Positions 50,043 through 62,109 of a DNA stretch of 64,000 bases are shown here, piece after piece. The first letter of the stretch is position 1, and every line of letters starts with the position of its first letter. The notes under the pieces were generated by a model. The model was not told the origin of the DNA, ran no database searches, and saw only the letters and a list, made by a program, of their open reading frames with translations. The position numbers were made by a program, and so were the translations under genes. Source of the stretch: Macrostomum lignano (Eukaryota); assembly GCA_002269645.1 (NCBI GenBank), contig NIVC01003746.1:15111-79110 (forward strand). The letters are read 5' to 3'.

Positions 50043-50830
50043 CAGCATGCTCAGTGGTGTTACAAGCTGCAGAAATTTCCACACTGCAGATTTTTTAGCT
50101 TTCTGAGGAAAATGCTGATTATTTTATTTGTTTTTGAATTTCTGCGGATTTTTCTTTTTTTGCAAAACTGTATATAAAAACAATGTTTTACATTTACAAG
50201 TATGGTTCCTGTCTTTTTGTGTTTTCTATTTTCATTTATTTTTTGTTATATCACTTAGTTTTTTAATATAGCTAAACTGACAGACTTGTATTAGCTAGTG
50301 TTCCATCTGGCTGATAGAATATAAATAATTAGGAGTGGAGGAGTGGCAAATGCCTGGTGGATACCCCAGTGTGATCATTCACAGGGAAATCTACCATAGA
50401 ATCGGCAGCCTTCTTCCTAGTGACAGAAGCTCAGTCAAGTTCTGCCGGCTGTTCTTCTGCAACACTGAATTTCAAACGAGGCAGGAGATGGTGCGAGGGC
50501 TCGACCCTCAGCTATTGAAGATACTGCAAAATGTGCTTCATTGGGATAACAGTTACGTGCAGAGCTTCAAGGCTGCTATCGATAGACTTTTCTCCGACTG
50601 TCTTCATTTTATATTGTTAGTGTTTTACTTTAGGAGACCCAGAATACATTAGGATTTAGATTCCTTAATTAGGACGTTGTTGAAATTGGTTTTAATAATA
50701 TTGTGAACAAGTATTTTGAGGATTAAAAATGGATCTTTTAACTTTCTAATTCATGAAAAATATACTCTGCAGATTTTTTTAATCTATGGATTATTTTTCA
50801 GAAATGCTTGTAACAACACTGAGCATGCTG
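50043..50830. mobile_element. TIR-bounded element containing a Helitron Rep-region fragment (50335-50590,+)
   Basis: 25-bp TIR CAGCATGCTCAGTG(G/T)TGTTACAAGC. Internal peptide IHREIYHRIGSLLP...KFCRLFF...LDPQLLKILQNVL...NSYVQSFK resembles the Helitron IHGQIYHRIGSLLP...KFAQLY...NPYV block. Confidence 0.65.
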
Positions 50831-52826
50831 TACCCCACTTTTGCCATATCATAAACAAAAGTATGAGCTCAGATCATGGCAGTAATATAACACCTTAAAA
50901 CAAGTAGTTGGCTTTCATTGCTGCTAGTGCTAGAATGTAGCAAAGAATTGACTTGAATTTTCAGCTGGTAAGTCACAAGATAACAATATAAAACATATTA
51001 AAAAATAGGTTGGCTGCATTTGCTTGAGCAGAAATATATAGCCACTGACATTTGTTTTAAAAACACCTCATATGATTATAGAAAGGTTTCTTTGGAACTT
51101 ATTCAGCTTTGCCTTTATGCATTTAACATAGTAAAGATAGAACAAATATTTTGAATGTTCAGAATTGAATCAAATCGATTGAATATTTGCTTTGAATTGG
51201 AATTGGAAAGTTGAAAATAAGCTGCTGAAAAGCTAAAAAATAAGATACTGAGTAGTTGCTTTGATATAGGATGAAGATTTGGATCAAGTCAAGAGTTGAG
51301 TAAGTATTACAGCTGTGGCTTATAAATGAAGGGAAGAATTCAGGATATTTGAGAATTAAGGATTGAAGTTTGTATTTGAAGAGTCAATGGTGTTGAGGGT
51401 TATGGGGTTGTGGCTTATAAATAAGGGAAAGAATTAAGGATAAGATAACGAGGTCTGTTGTGCTCAGATTAGATACTGAGACTTTAGGAGGCTTTGAAGC
51501 TTTAGAAAAAGTGGAACATTAAGAATCAAGTTTATGGACCATAGATTCGGAGGCACTGATTCCTAAACATTTGGAAGAGATGAGGTTTGCATTTGGTCTA
51601 GGCATATTTCATTGGACAAGAAGATGCAGACCTATTGGACAAGGGCTACTAAAGGGATCAGGTTTAGATATAAATACCATGTGCTTCTAGCAGTGAGTGT
51701 AGCTAGACATTTCTACACAAGTTTAATCATTGCAATTCATGGCTTTACCAAAGTGCTTTCAATATTCAGTATTATTCAGTATTGAAATTGGTTCCATCAG
51801 ATATTCAAAATAAATAAAATTGTTTAAAAAAATTGTTTTGTCCTATCTATAATATAAGCCCCTCAGTATTCTTAGTTCTTTTAATTCTCTTCAATACAGG
51901 TCTATTTTATCATAGCTGCCATAATATAAGGCTTACTGTAGTTATGGCCATAGTTATAGGGAAAATATTTGTTTTATAATAAATTTAGTAGTGTGGTGGC
52001 TAGACTGATACACAACTGGCAAGCACCAGTGCAGCTGCACTAGAAACCCCCCCCCCAACCTCTGTCTAGCTGAGGTGGGGTGGGTGCACACCAAGCTAGC
52101 TGGCTCACTAAGCTGGGAGGGGGGGGGGTTGGCATAGCCTATCACACTATGCCACCTTTTCATACCTCCCTAGGCCCCTCAATCTTGCACTGTTTGTAAA
52201 TATAAATATACTTGCAAAGCAGCACAAAATCTTTGCTGCCATTACATCTATTGAACTAAGAGGCCTTCCACCTCAATAGAAAAAATTTATTATAACCATT
52301 CTATTTCTTATTGATCTACATTAACATTTTAAGTAATTTCACTTAGTTCTATATATATATATCTATATATCTAATAATATACTTTAAAACAGTTTAAAGT
52401 GCAAATTAAATCATTTTGTTGAAAATGTACCAACTAGCATCCTAGTATTTATTTAGCAGTTGCAGTTTGGTTTCCATAAAAGTAAAATACAATACTAAGG
52501 TATTAGTATCTATTATATATGTATCTATTATATATATACCCTAAAGCCATGTTTTTCCTTAATTAAGAATCTTAACTATCTGCTCGTAAGAAGCACATAA
52601 TTGCCCATGTGTTTTGCAGGTAATTATTGTCATTTTTCTTCTTGGGAAATTGACCCTACATCAATTATCAAAATATAAATAAAGTATTTTAGTCTTTTGG
52701 CACTAAGTTATTTTAAATTCTACCTGACTTATCATTATCTGCTTTAGAAAATGAATACCCAAGCAATGAACGTATTGACTGCATAGCTACATCACCAAAT
52801 CCCCTATGTTTCTCAGCTGATCAAGC

Positions 52827-55800
52827 ATGAGCGGAGCAGATGAAAGCAACGAGCTGGTGATCACGCCCCTGGGCTCGGGCCAAGAGGTCGGCCGGTCCTG
52901 CATCATGCTGAAATTCAAAGGCAAACTGGTGGTGCTGGACTGCGGCATTCATCCAGGCCTGCGCTCCAACGAATCCCTGCCATTCATTGACAATATCGAG
53001 CACGAGAAGGTCGACGTACTTCTAGTGAGCCACTTCCACCTGGACCACTGCGGCGGCCTGCCCTACCTGCTGTCCAAGACGCCATTCCGAGGCCGAGTAT
53101 TTATGACCCACGCCACTAAGGCTATTTACCGTTGGTTGCTATGCGACTTTGTCAAGGTTAGCAACAACAGCTCGGAGGCGGCTCTGTACGCCGATCAGGA
53201 CATCCAGAGCTCCATGGAGCGCATTGAGACCATCGACTTTCACCAGGAGCTGGAGGTGAACGGCATCAAATTCACGGCCTATCACGCTGGTCACGTGCTC
53301 GGCGCCGCAATGTTTCTAATTGAGATAGCCGGAGTTCGAATCCTGTACACGGGCGATTTCAGCCGGCAGGAGGACCGGCACCTGATGTCCGCCGAGCTGC
53401 CGCCCTGCCGACCAGACGTGCTCATCACCGAGTCCACCTACGGCACGCACATTCACGATAGGCGCGAGGAACGCGAAGCCCGATTCGTTGGTTTAGTGCA
53501 CGATATTGTTGCTAGGGGCGGTCGGTGCCTGATACCGGCGTTCGCCCTGGGCCGAGCCCAGGAGCTCATGCTCATCCTAGACGAATACTGGAGCCTGCAC
53601 CCCGAGCTGCACCGCATCCCAATCTATTACGCGTCCCAGCTGGCTAAGAAATGCATGGCAGTCTATCAGACTTATATTCACGCTATGAACGAATCTGTGC
53701 GCAATAAAATTGTCAATAACAATCCATTCGTGTTCAAGCACATCAGCAACTTGCGCAATGTGGACATCTATGTTGACAGCGGGCCGTGCGTTATCATGGC
53801 CTCGCCTGGCATGATGCAGAACGGCCTGTCTCGCGAACTATTCGAGAACTGGTGCACAGACAAGCGCAATGGCGTCATCATTGCCGGGTACTGCGTTGAA
53901 GGCACCCTAGCCAAGCAGATTCTCAGCCATCCGCAGGAGGTGGGCAACGTTCTCCCAACTATTTCATAGAAACTGACCAGCTACTGAACAGAATTCCCCC
54001 ACATTCCCCGCCGAGCTATTGAACAGATTTCTCCCATATTCCCCAGAGATATTGAGCATAATTTCCCCCACATTCCCCACAGAGATACTTAACAGAATTC
54101 TCCCACATTCCCCACAGAGATATTAAACAGAATTCTCCCACATTCCCCACAGAGATATTAAACAGAATTCTCCCACATTCCCACAGAGATATTGGATAGC
54201 ACTCCCCCACATTCCCCACAGAGACACTGGACGGAATTCCAACACATTCCCCACAGAGGTATTGGACGGAATCTCCCCACATTCCCCACAGAGGTATTGA
54301 ACGGAATTCCCCCACATTCCCCACAGAGGTATTGGACGGAATCCCCCCACATTCCCACAGAGATATTGGATAGCACTCCCCCACATTCCCCACAGAGACA
54401 CTGGACGGAATCCCCCCACATTCCCCACAGAGGTATTGGACGGAATCTCCCCCCATTCCCCACAGAGGTATTAAACGGAATTCCCCCACATTCCCCACAG
54501 AGGTATTGGACGGAATCCCCCCACATTCCCCACAGAGGTATTGGACGGAATCTCCCCCCATTCCCCACAGAGGTATTGAACGGAATTCCCCCACATTCCT
54601 AACAGAGGTATTGAACGGAATTCCCCCACATTCCTCACAGAGGTATTGAACGGAATTTCTTCGTATCACAAGATGTTGAACGGAATGGCCTCCACATTTA
54701 CTAGCTAGCTAATTCCACACTGATCTAACCAATCAACCAACCCACAGGTGACCACAATGTCCGGCCAGACGCTGCCGCTAAAGTGCTCAGTAGACTACGT
54801 ATCTTTCTCGGCTCACACGGACTACCAGCAGACGTCTGAGTTTATTCGCGACCTGCGTCCGGCGCACATCGTGCTGGTGCACGGCGAGCAGAACGAGATG
54901 CTGCGGCTTCGCTCCGCCCTGCTGCGCCAGTACGAGGACGAGCCCGACTACCGCCTGGACATTTTCACGCCCAAGAACTGCGAATCCGTCTCGTTGCATT
55001 TCCGCGGCGAGAAAACTGCCAAAGTGGTTGGCAGTTTGGCTAAATCAGCCCCTACTGAGGGCCAGCCTCTGTCCGGCATCTTAATGAAGAAGAATTTCAG
55101 CTATCATCTGGTGCACGAGACTGATTTGCCTACGTATACGGACCTGGCTACTAGCGAGGTTACTCAGCGAATGGCTGTGCATTTCAGCATGCCGCCTAGC
55201 CTATTGTACTTTCATCTGGCTGTGGTGGCCGGCTCAGTTGAAACTGTCAGGCAGAAGGGTGATTGTCACGTCTACCGCGTGTTCCAGTGCGTCACCGTTA
55301 CCTGGGAGCCGCGCCAGGTTCTAATTGAGGTGAGTTAATATTGGCTTATTAATTGTCTGAATGCTTTGTGTTTTTGTGGTGTTGCTATGCTGTTAAGATG
55401 CTTCCTTACTTTGTTGCTATGCTGTTAAGATGCTTCCTTACTTTGTTGCTATGCTGTTGGGATGCTTCCTTACTTTGTTGCTATGCTGTTAAGATGCTTC
55501 CTTACTTTGTTGCTATGCTGTTAAGATGCTTCCTTACTTTGTTGCTATGCTGTTGGGATGCTTCCTTACTTTGTTGCTATGCTGTTGGGATGCTTCCTTA
55601 CTTTGTTGCTATGCTGTTAAGATGCTTCCTTACTTTGTTGCTATGCTGTTAAGATGCTTCCTTACTTTGTTGCTATGCTGTTAAGATGCTTCCTTACTTT
55701 GTTGCTATGCTGTTGGGATGCTTCCTTACTTTGTTGCTATGCTGTTGGGATGCTTCCTTACTTTGTTGCTATGCTGTTGGGATGCTTCCTTACTTTGTTG

Positions 55801-56438
55801 CTATGCTGTTAAGATTCTTCCTTACTTTGTTGCTATGCTGTTAAGATGCTTCCTTACTTTGTTGCTATGCTGTTGGGATGCTTCCGTACTTTGTTGCTAT
55901 GCTGTTGCGCTGTTGCTATGCTCTCAAAATTCGTTTCTATACTGATTGATAAAAAGACGGTCTCCGTTGCTATGGGTTGGAAAACGGCAATTATTATACT
56001 ATACACTGATAACGCCCCTACCCCAGCTAAGCACTCCACTCTGCCCATCTCCAGTGGCAGTCCAACCCGGTCAGCGACATGTTCGCCGACGCCGTGCAGA
56101 CGGTGATCCTGAAGGCCGAGCTGGAGGGCATGCCCTGGCAGAGCGTGCCAGCCCCGGCCAGGCAAGACAGCACCGCGTTTCGCACCGCCCTGTTGGAAAC
56201 TCTGTCCGAGATGTTCGGCCCGGACAGCGTGCAGGGCCGGCCGGATCCCAGGAAGAGCGGCCTGACCTTTCAGCTGGTGGTGCGCAACCGTCAGGTTGAG
56301 GTGGACACCGGACGGCTGACGGCCACCTGCGAAGAGGACGCCCCGCTGCAGCAGCTGGTGCGCACCGTCATTAATAGACTGCGCCAGGTGCTCCTGCCGC
56401 CGCTGCGTCAGCTGGAAGAGGCTCAGGCAGCATCCTGA
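52827..56438 (+). CDS. CPSF3: Cleavage and polyadenylation specificity factor 73-kDa endonuclease (metallo-beta-lactamase/beta-CASP), ~692 aa
   Basis: join(52827..53939, 54748..55329, 56055..56438), all phase 0. Motifs: [63 protein letters not shown]. Confidence 0.97.
53985..54685. repeat. ~35-bp minisatellite filling CPSF3 intron 1
   Basis: ttgaacggaattcccccacattccccacagaggta variants. Confidence 0.95.
55375..55920. repeat. 32-bp minisatellite filling CPSF3 intron 2
   Basis: ttgttgctatgctgtt(aa/gg)gatgcttccttact in tandem. Confidence 0.96.
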
Positions 56439-56924
56439 CTTTGAAGTGAACCTTTTTTATTTGTGCTGTATTTCTAGTATCGTGAATATGACGCAGCTGG
56501 CTTCAATTTTCCACTAGAATTTGTTGCGATTTCCCGTCTCCAATTGTGCACGCTTATGCCGTAATAGTTCATGTTGTTAATGTAAGCATTTATAGACTGT
56601 TCCAGTTCTATTTAATGCTGCTAATCTTAATGTCGACTCTACCTAGACAGGTATTTTTCCAATCAGTCAGCACATTCGCTTAAGTTCTTGTTGCGTTTAA
56701 ATAAACTAAGACCCGGTTGCTAAAACGTCGCACAAAAATCGAACTTCAAGTTATTTTAAACAATACGCTCGTATGTATTATAAACTTCCTACACCAAATT
56801 TACACACTTTCTATATCAGACCCTTAATCCTAATGTTGTACAATCACTCTCGACCAGCTGCCTAAACTTAATGTGCGAGCGTAAGCTTCGTTTCCTATTA
56901 GCTTCCTAACCCCACTGTACACTC

Positions 56925-57250
56925 CCTGCTAACATCCTACCCCCTGTACAATCCCTCCCTGCCAAATTCCTACCCCTAATGTACACTCTCTCCCTGCCAC
57001 TTCCTACCCCCAATGTACACTCTCTCCCTGCCACTTCCTACCCCAATGTACACTCTCTCCCTGCCACTTCCTACCCCTAATGTACACTCTCTCCCTGCCA
57101 CTTCCTACCCCTAATGTACACTCTCCCTGCCAAATTCCTACCCCCAATGTACACTCTCTCCCTGCCACTTCCTACCCCTAATGTACACTCTCTCCCTGCC
57201 ACTTCCTACCCCAATGTACACTCTCTCCCTGCCAAATTCCTACCCCGATG
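56925..57250. repeat. ~34-bp minisatellite between CPSF3 and DESI2
   Basis: cctacccctaatgtacactctctccctgccactt x ~9. Confidence 0.94.
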
Positions 57251-57419
57251 AAAACTCCAGACTAGCTTCTTACCTGACCCCATTGTAACAGCAAACTTTT
57301 TCTCATATTATTACTCAGAAACGTACTAAACTGTCAACTTTTAATGAATCATCTAATTTGCTTAAATAAACTTTTCTGTACAACAACCTTGATACGCGCA
57401 CACCACAATCCTTTGCAGC

Positions 57420-58097
57420 ATGCTGCAAAATATAGTGGAAAAGCTGAAGAAGCTGGGCAGCCGGGATGGAGCTGAAGGAACTTCCATGACCTTTGACATT
57501 AATGAGCCCGTTATTGTCAACGTTTACGATATGGTAAGTTCCTCAATCTCCAGAGAGTTGCCCTTCCATGCAGCACCCCAATCAGTGTATAAATGTACAC
57601 AAATTTAAGTTTAACTGATTTATATCCAAAAACCGAACTCGCAGTACTGGACAAACGGCTATACCAACAACCTCGGAGTAGGCATCTATCACTCAGGCGT
57701 ACAGGTGTACAATCGAGAGTACACCTACGGCGGGCACCCGTCGGAAACCTCCGGCATATTCACCATCGCGCCGCAGAACGCCGAAGAGCTTGGCGAGAAT
57801 TTCAAATTGAAAACCAGCATACCGCTGGGCTGCACCCACCTGTCGCAGGAGGAAATCGACGAGGTCATGGTTAATCTCGGGCAGAAATTCACCGGCAAGG
57901 ATTATCACCTGACTAGACAGAATTGCAATCACTTCTCCAATAACATGCTGGCTATTATCTGCAATTCCTCGCTGCCCAAGTGGGTTAACAGGTTGGCCAC
58001 GGTCAGCACTACTGTGCCATTCATTGAACGGGCCATTCCAAGGAGTGGCTGCGACCGCAGGACGGCTCCGAGCTCGATGACGAGTTCTAGCGACTGA
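57420..58097 (+). CDS. DESI2: PPPDE/DeSI-family isopeptidase (DESI2-like)
   Basis: join(57420..57533, 57645..58097) as assembled. VNVYDM|YWTN, catalytic HSG and NCNHFS, PKWVNRLA. A one-base insertion at ~58041 would restore the conserved PKEWL and end at TAG 58088-58090. Confidence 0.92.
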
Positions 58098-58199
58098 CAT
58101 AGCGACTTGGAGGGGGGCACCGCGTGGTTCTGTGTTTTGCTTTTCTTGCTGCGGTTAATGTGGAGTTGGCAACAGTTGCTTCACTTGCTGTCATAGCAT

Positions 58200-58860
58200 T
58201 CCCTCTCCTCCCCTCTCCTTACCTTTCCTCTCTCTCTCCCCTCTCCTCCCCTCTCCTCCTCCCCCTCCCCTCTCCTTACCTTTCCTCTCTTTCTCTCCCC
58301 TCTCCTCCCCTCTCCTCCTCCCCTTCCCCTCTCCTTACCTTTCCTCTCTTTCTCTCCCCTCTCCTCCCCTCTCCTCCTCCCCTCCCCTCTCCTTACCTTT
58401 CCTCTCTTTCTCTCCCCTCTCCTCCCCTCTCCTCCTCCCTTCCCTCTCCTTACCTTTCCTCTCTTTCTCTCCCCTCTCCTCCCCTCTCCTCCTCCCCTTC
58501 CCTCTCCTTACCTTTCCTCTCTTTCTCTCCCCTCTCCTCCCCTCTCCTCCTCCCCCTCCCCTCTCCTTACCTTTCCTCTCTTTCTCTCCCCTCCTCCCCT
58601 CTCCTCCTCCCCTCCCCTCTCCTTACCTTTCCTCTCTTTCTCTCCCCTCTCCTCCCCTCTCCTCCTCCCCTTCCCCTCTCCTTACCTTTCCTCTCTTTCT
58701 CTCCCCTCTCCTCCCCTCTCCTCCTCCCCTCCCCTCTCCTTACCTTTCCTCTCTTTCTCTCCCCTCCCTCCCCTCTCCTCCTCCCCTCCCTCTCCTTACC
58801 TTTCCTCTCTTCCTCTACCCTCTCCTCCCTCCTTCCTCTCTCTTCTCTCTCCCTCCATCT
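58200..58860. repeat. Pyrimidine-rich ~55-59-bp minisatellite
   Basis: ctctccttacctttcctctctttctctcccctctcctcccc... in tandem. Confidence 0.94.
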
Positions 58861-58954
58861 CCTTCCGTCCTTTATCTAGGAGATCAGTATCTCTCATTCA
58901 GTCTTACATGTATATTAGCTGATTTAATTTGTAGAAGAATGAAATATTTAGTAG

Positions 58955-59065
<111 letters not shown>

Positions 59066-60139
59066 TCTCCTTTGTTGCGCAGTGGTGTTTTGGTCTGTTA
59101 TTAGTGGCCGATGCGTTTACAGATAGCCGCTAGACGAATGAATGAATTACAGAATGATGGCAGTGTTCACTTATTAATTGCTAAAGCTTCTTACATATAA
59201 TAATGTTTTGTTTTCAGTCCAGGAATTCATTCCTTTGTCTTAATACGGCTGGATTAGCCCCGGATTTCTGTTAAAATTGTTTCCACTACTTTTCCAAAAA
59301 AAGCGTAGATAACTATTTCTGTTTCATACTACTTATACATGCAGTATAGTAGAATATATTATAATCGTTGTCAAAAATGTAGATTTTTCTGCTTTCTCCA
59401 CGCCACTGGTCCTTGCAATTTGTTTTGTTATCCAGATAAATAAACAATTTCACTTATACCTAATCAGTATTGATATCTGAACTGTTTCCTGAGATGTATT
59501 GCGATATGGATAACCCTAACCACTAAATTAATGGCCAGTGCTTCTTCTATTGAAATACATTACTCGATACTTTATATAAACTCAGTTCCATGCGCAACAA
59601 GCTACTTAAAGTAGGCGTTACTACAACTTGCCTCACCTATGCACAAGTGTACAATCAACCCATCAATCTCCGTGCGCGTATGCGACACCTGTTCCGTGCT
59701 TTCCTAGTTGTGCTCCCCCTATATATTGCCCCATATTCCAGTCTGTCATGACTAATTTGTGTGTATTGTTACTTCTGGCTGACTTATGTCTGTACTTTTC
59801 TGTTTAAACAGATTTCGGTTAATATTATTTAAGATCTCTGACAACTATGCAAAAATTATCTATGCCACTTATTTTTTTAATTAGATTGTACTTTCTTGTT
59901 CTTGTATATTAGTTTTGTGCAAGACCAGTCTTTTTCAATATGTATGCATTGCTTTTAAAAGTATTAAATTGCATGTTACGTTTTTTATTTAGGTCGTATT
60001 CCAAATTGGTTATTTTATATATTTTTTAATTTCATCAATGCCCAGTTGGCCGGGTTCTTTTTAAATAATATATTTATACTAATGCGTGCAGTTGCAATGC
60101 AATGCAGCCTGTAGTGTTACCGATCAAGTGGGTGGCAAG

Positions 60140-60605
60140 GCTGTCAGATGATCATTGGGACTCTTTCAGATGATCCTTGGGACTGTCAGATGATCCTTGG
60201 GACTGTCAGATTATCCTTGGGACTGTTAGATGATCCTTGGGACTGTCAGATGATCCTTGGGACTGTTAGATGATCCTTGGGACTGTCAGATGATCCTTGG
60301 GACTGTTAGATGATCCTTGGGACTGTCAGATGATCCTTGGGACTGTCAGATGATCCTTGGGACTGTCAGATGATCCTTGGGACTTTCAGATGATCATTGG
60401 GACTCTTTCAGATGATCCTTGGACTTTCAGATGATCATTGGACTCTTTCAGATGATCCTTGGGACTTTCAGATGATCCTTGGGACTGTCAGATGATTTTT
60501 GGGACTGTCAGATGATCATTGGGAGTGTCAGATGATCATTGGGATTGTCAGATGATCATTGGGACTGTCAGATGATCCTTGGGACTGTCAGATGATCATT
60601 GAGAC
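60140..60605. repeat. 20-bp minisatellite GACTGTCAGATGATCCTTGG, ~23 units
   Basis: Seen directly. Confidence 0.96.
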
Positions 60606-61124
60606 AGATCCTATAAGTGTCAGTAAAATCTTAATGTCGCCAGAAGATCTTTGAAGTGCCAGCAGGTCCCAAGTACGCTAGCAGTCAGCAGATGGCACTT
60701 AAATTATGCACATTTACAGTCTGAGGCTTATCCATTGCGCTTTGCTTACTATACTACTGAACTGCTTCTTAGCTAAAAATATTCAGTGATGTATATTTCG
60801 TGTAATCTCTTATGCTTACATTATGCAGAATGTCTAGTAGTAGCGTCCATCTTGTCTATTACAGTTAGTTATTGTCTTTTACAAACCTATCTCCCCTTGC
60901 CCAGCAGCCCCGCGCCCCGCCTTTCTGCAATAATACTAAATAATAATAATGCCACACACCGTCAGCTGAATCTTGTCGGCTGCCTGCTCTCAACACGAGA
61001 CTAACGCAGCTCACGTTCTTGTTTTAGACCAGCTAATTATACTATTACATCTGCATCGGCTTCATTTCGATACTTTGGAAACAAAATTTTGTTGTTATTT
61101 TTTTGCTAATTTAGCGTCTGCAGC

Positions 61125-61506
61125 CTGGCCACCAGTGACCCCACTGTGTCTGCAGCCTGGCCACCAGGGACCCACAGTGTGTCTGCAGCCTGGCCACCAG
61201 TGACCCACAGTGTGTCTGCAGCCTGGCAACCAGTGACCCACAGTGTGTCTGCAGCCTGGCCACCAGTGACCCCACAGTGTGTCTGCAGCCTGGCCACCAG
61301 TGACCCACAGTGTGTTTGCAGCCTGGACACCAGTGACCCCACAGTGTGTCTGCAGCCTGGCCACCAGTGACCCACAGTGTGTTTGCAGCCTGGACACCAG
61401 TGACCCCACAGTGTGTCTGCAGCCTGGCCACCAGTGACCCACAGTGTGTTTGCAGCCTGGACACCAGTGACCCCACAGTGTGTCTGCAGCCTGGCCACCA
61501 GTGACC
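61125..61506. repeat. 33/34-bp minisatellite CAGTGTGTCTGCAGCCTGGCCACCAGTGACCCA
   Basis: Seen directly; ends ~28 nt before the acceptor at 61534. Confidence 0.96.
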
Positions 61507-61534
61507 CTATTCTATTCCTCATCTACCTCTGCAG

Positions 61535-62074
61535 TCGTCGCAATCGACTCAGCAGTTGCTAAGCAACGGCAGCGACGCGGTAACCCAACAGCAGACAGAC
61601 GTTGGCACGCTGATCGTGGGTCGCAACGGCCGGCTGCAATGGCCAGATGAAACTGAGCAGGATGAAGATTCGCACCGATGTTTCCCCAAATTCTGGCAGC
61701 TGTGCTCCCTGCTAGCCCTGTGCCTGTTGAGTTTCACGTCGGCAGCTCTGGTGTACAAGACTGCGTGGCTGAGCCAGCACGGCAAGGCCTGTGTATTGCT
61801 GGGCTACTTCGGTGGCCACTCCGCCGCCAGCCTGGCCGCTGTTGCCATCGATCGCTGCTTGAAATTCGCCGCTCAGCCTCGGCGACGTTCTTCCTATCGA
61901 GTTGGCGACGCCTCGCTGCATCTGCTGTCATTTTTTGGCGGCGCGATTGGCACTTTGATTGGCATGCTGCTGTGCTGTCACCGGGTTAAACGGCTGACCT
62001 TCATTGTCATTACGCTTCTTCTGGTGCCATGCAATGCCTTCTGGCTGCTACTGGCTCTGCTTGTCCTCACGTGA
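61535..62074 (+). CDS. DUF1294 (YsdA-like) multi-pass membrane protein; the coding exon lacks its own start ATG
   Basis: GC-rich open frame after acceptor ctacctctgcAG (61533-61534). AIDRC...YRVGDASLHLLSFFGGAIGTLIGMLLCCHRVKRLTF matches the DUF1294 pattern (D...RIPE..L.LL...GG..G...GM....HK). Extra N-terminal TM segments. Stop TGA at 62072-62074. Confidence 0.75.
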   Translation, partial: SSQSTQQLLSNGSDAVTQQQTDVGTLIVGRNGRLQWPDETEQDEDSHRCFPKFWQLCSLLALCLLSFTSAALVYKTAWLSQHGKACVLLGYFGGHSAASLAAVAIDRCLKFAAQPRRRSSYRVGDASLHLLSFFGGAIGTLIGMLLCCHRVKRLTFIVITLLLVPCNAFWLLLALLVLT

Positions 62075-62109
62075 AGCACTTGAAGCTTGCCAGACTGTTT
62101 CATCTAAAG

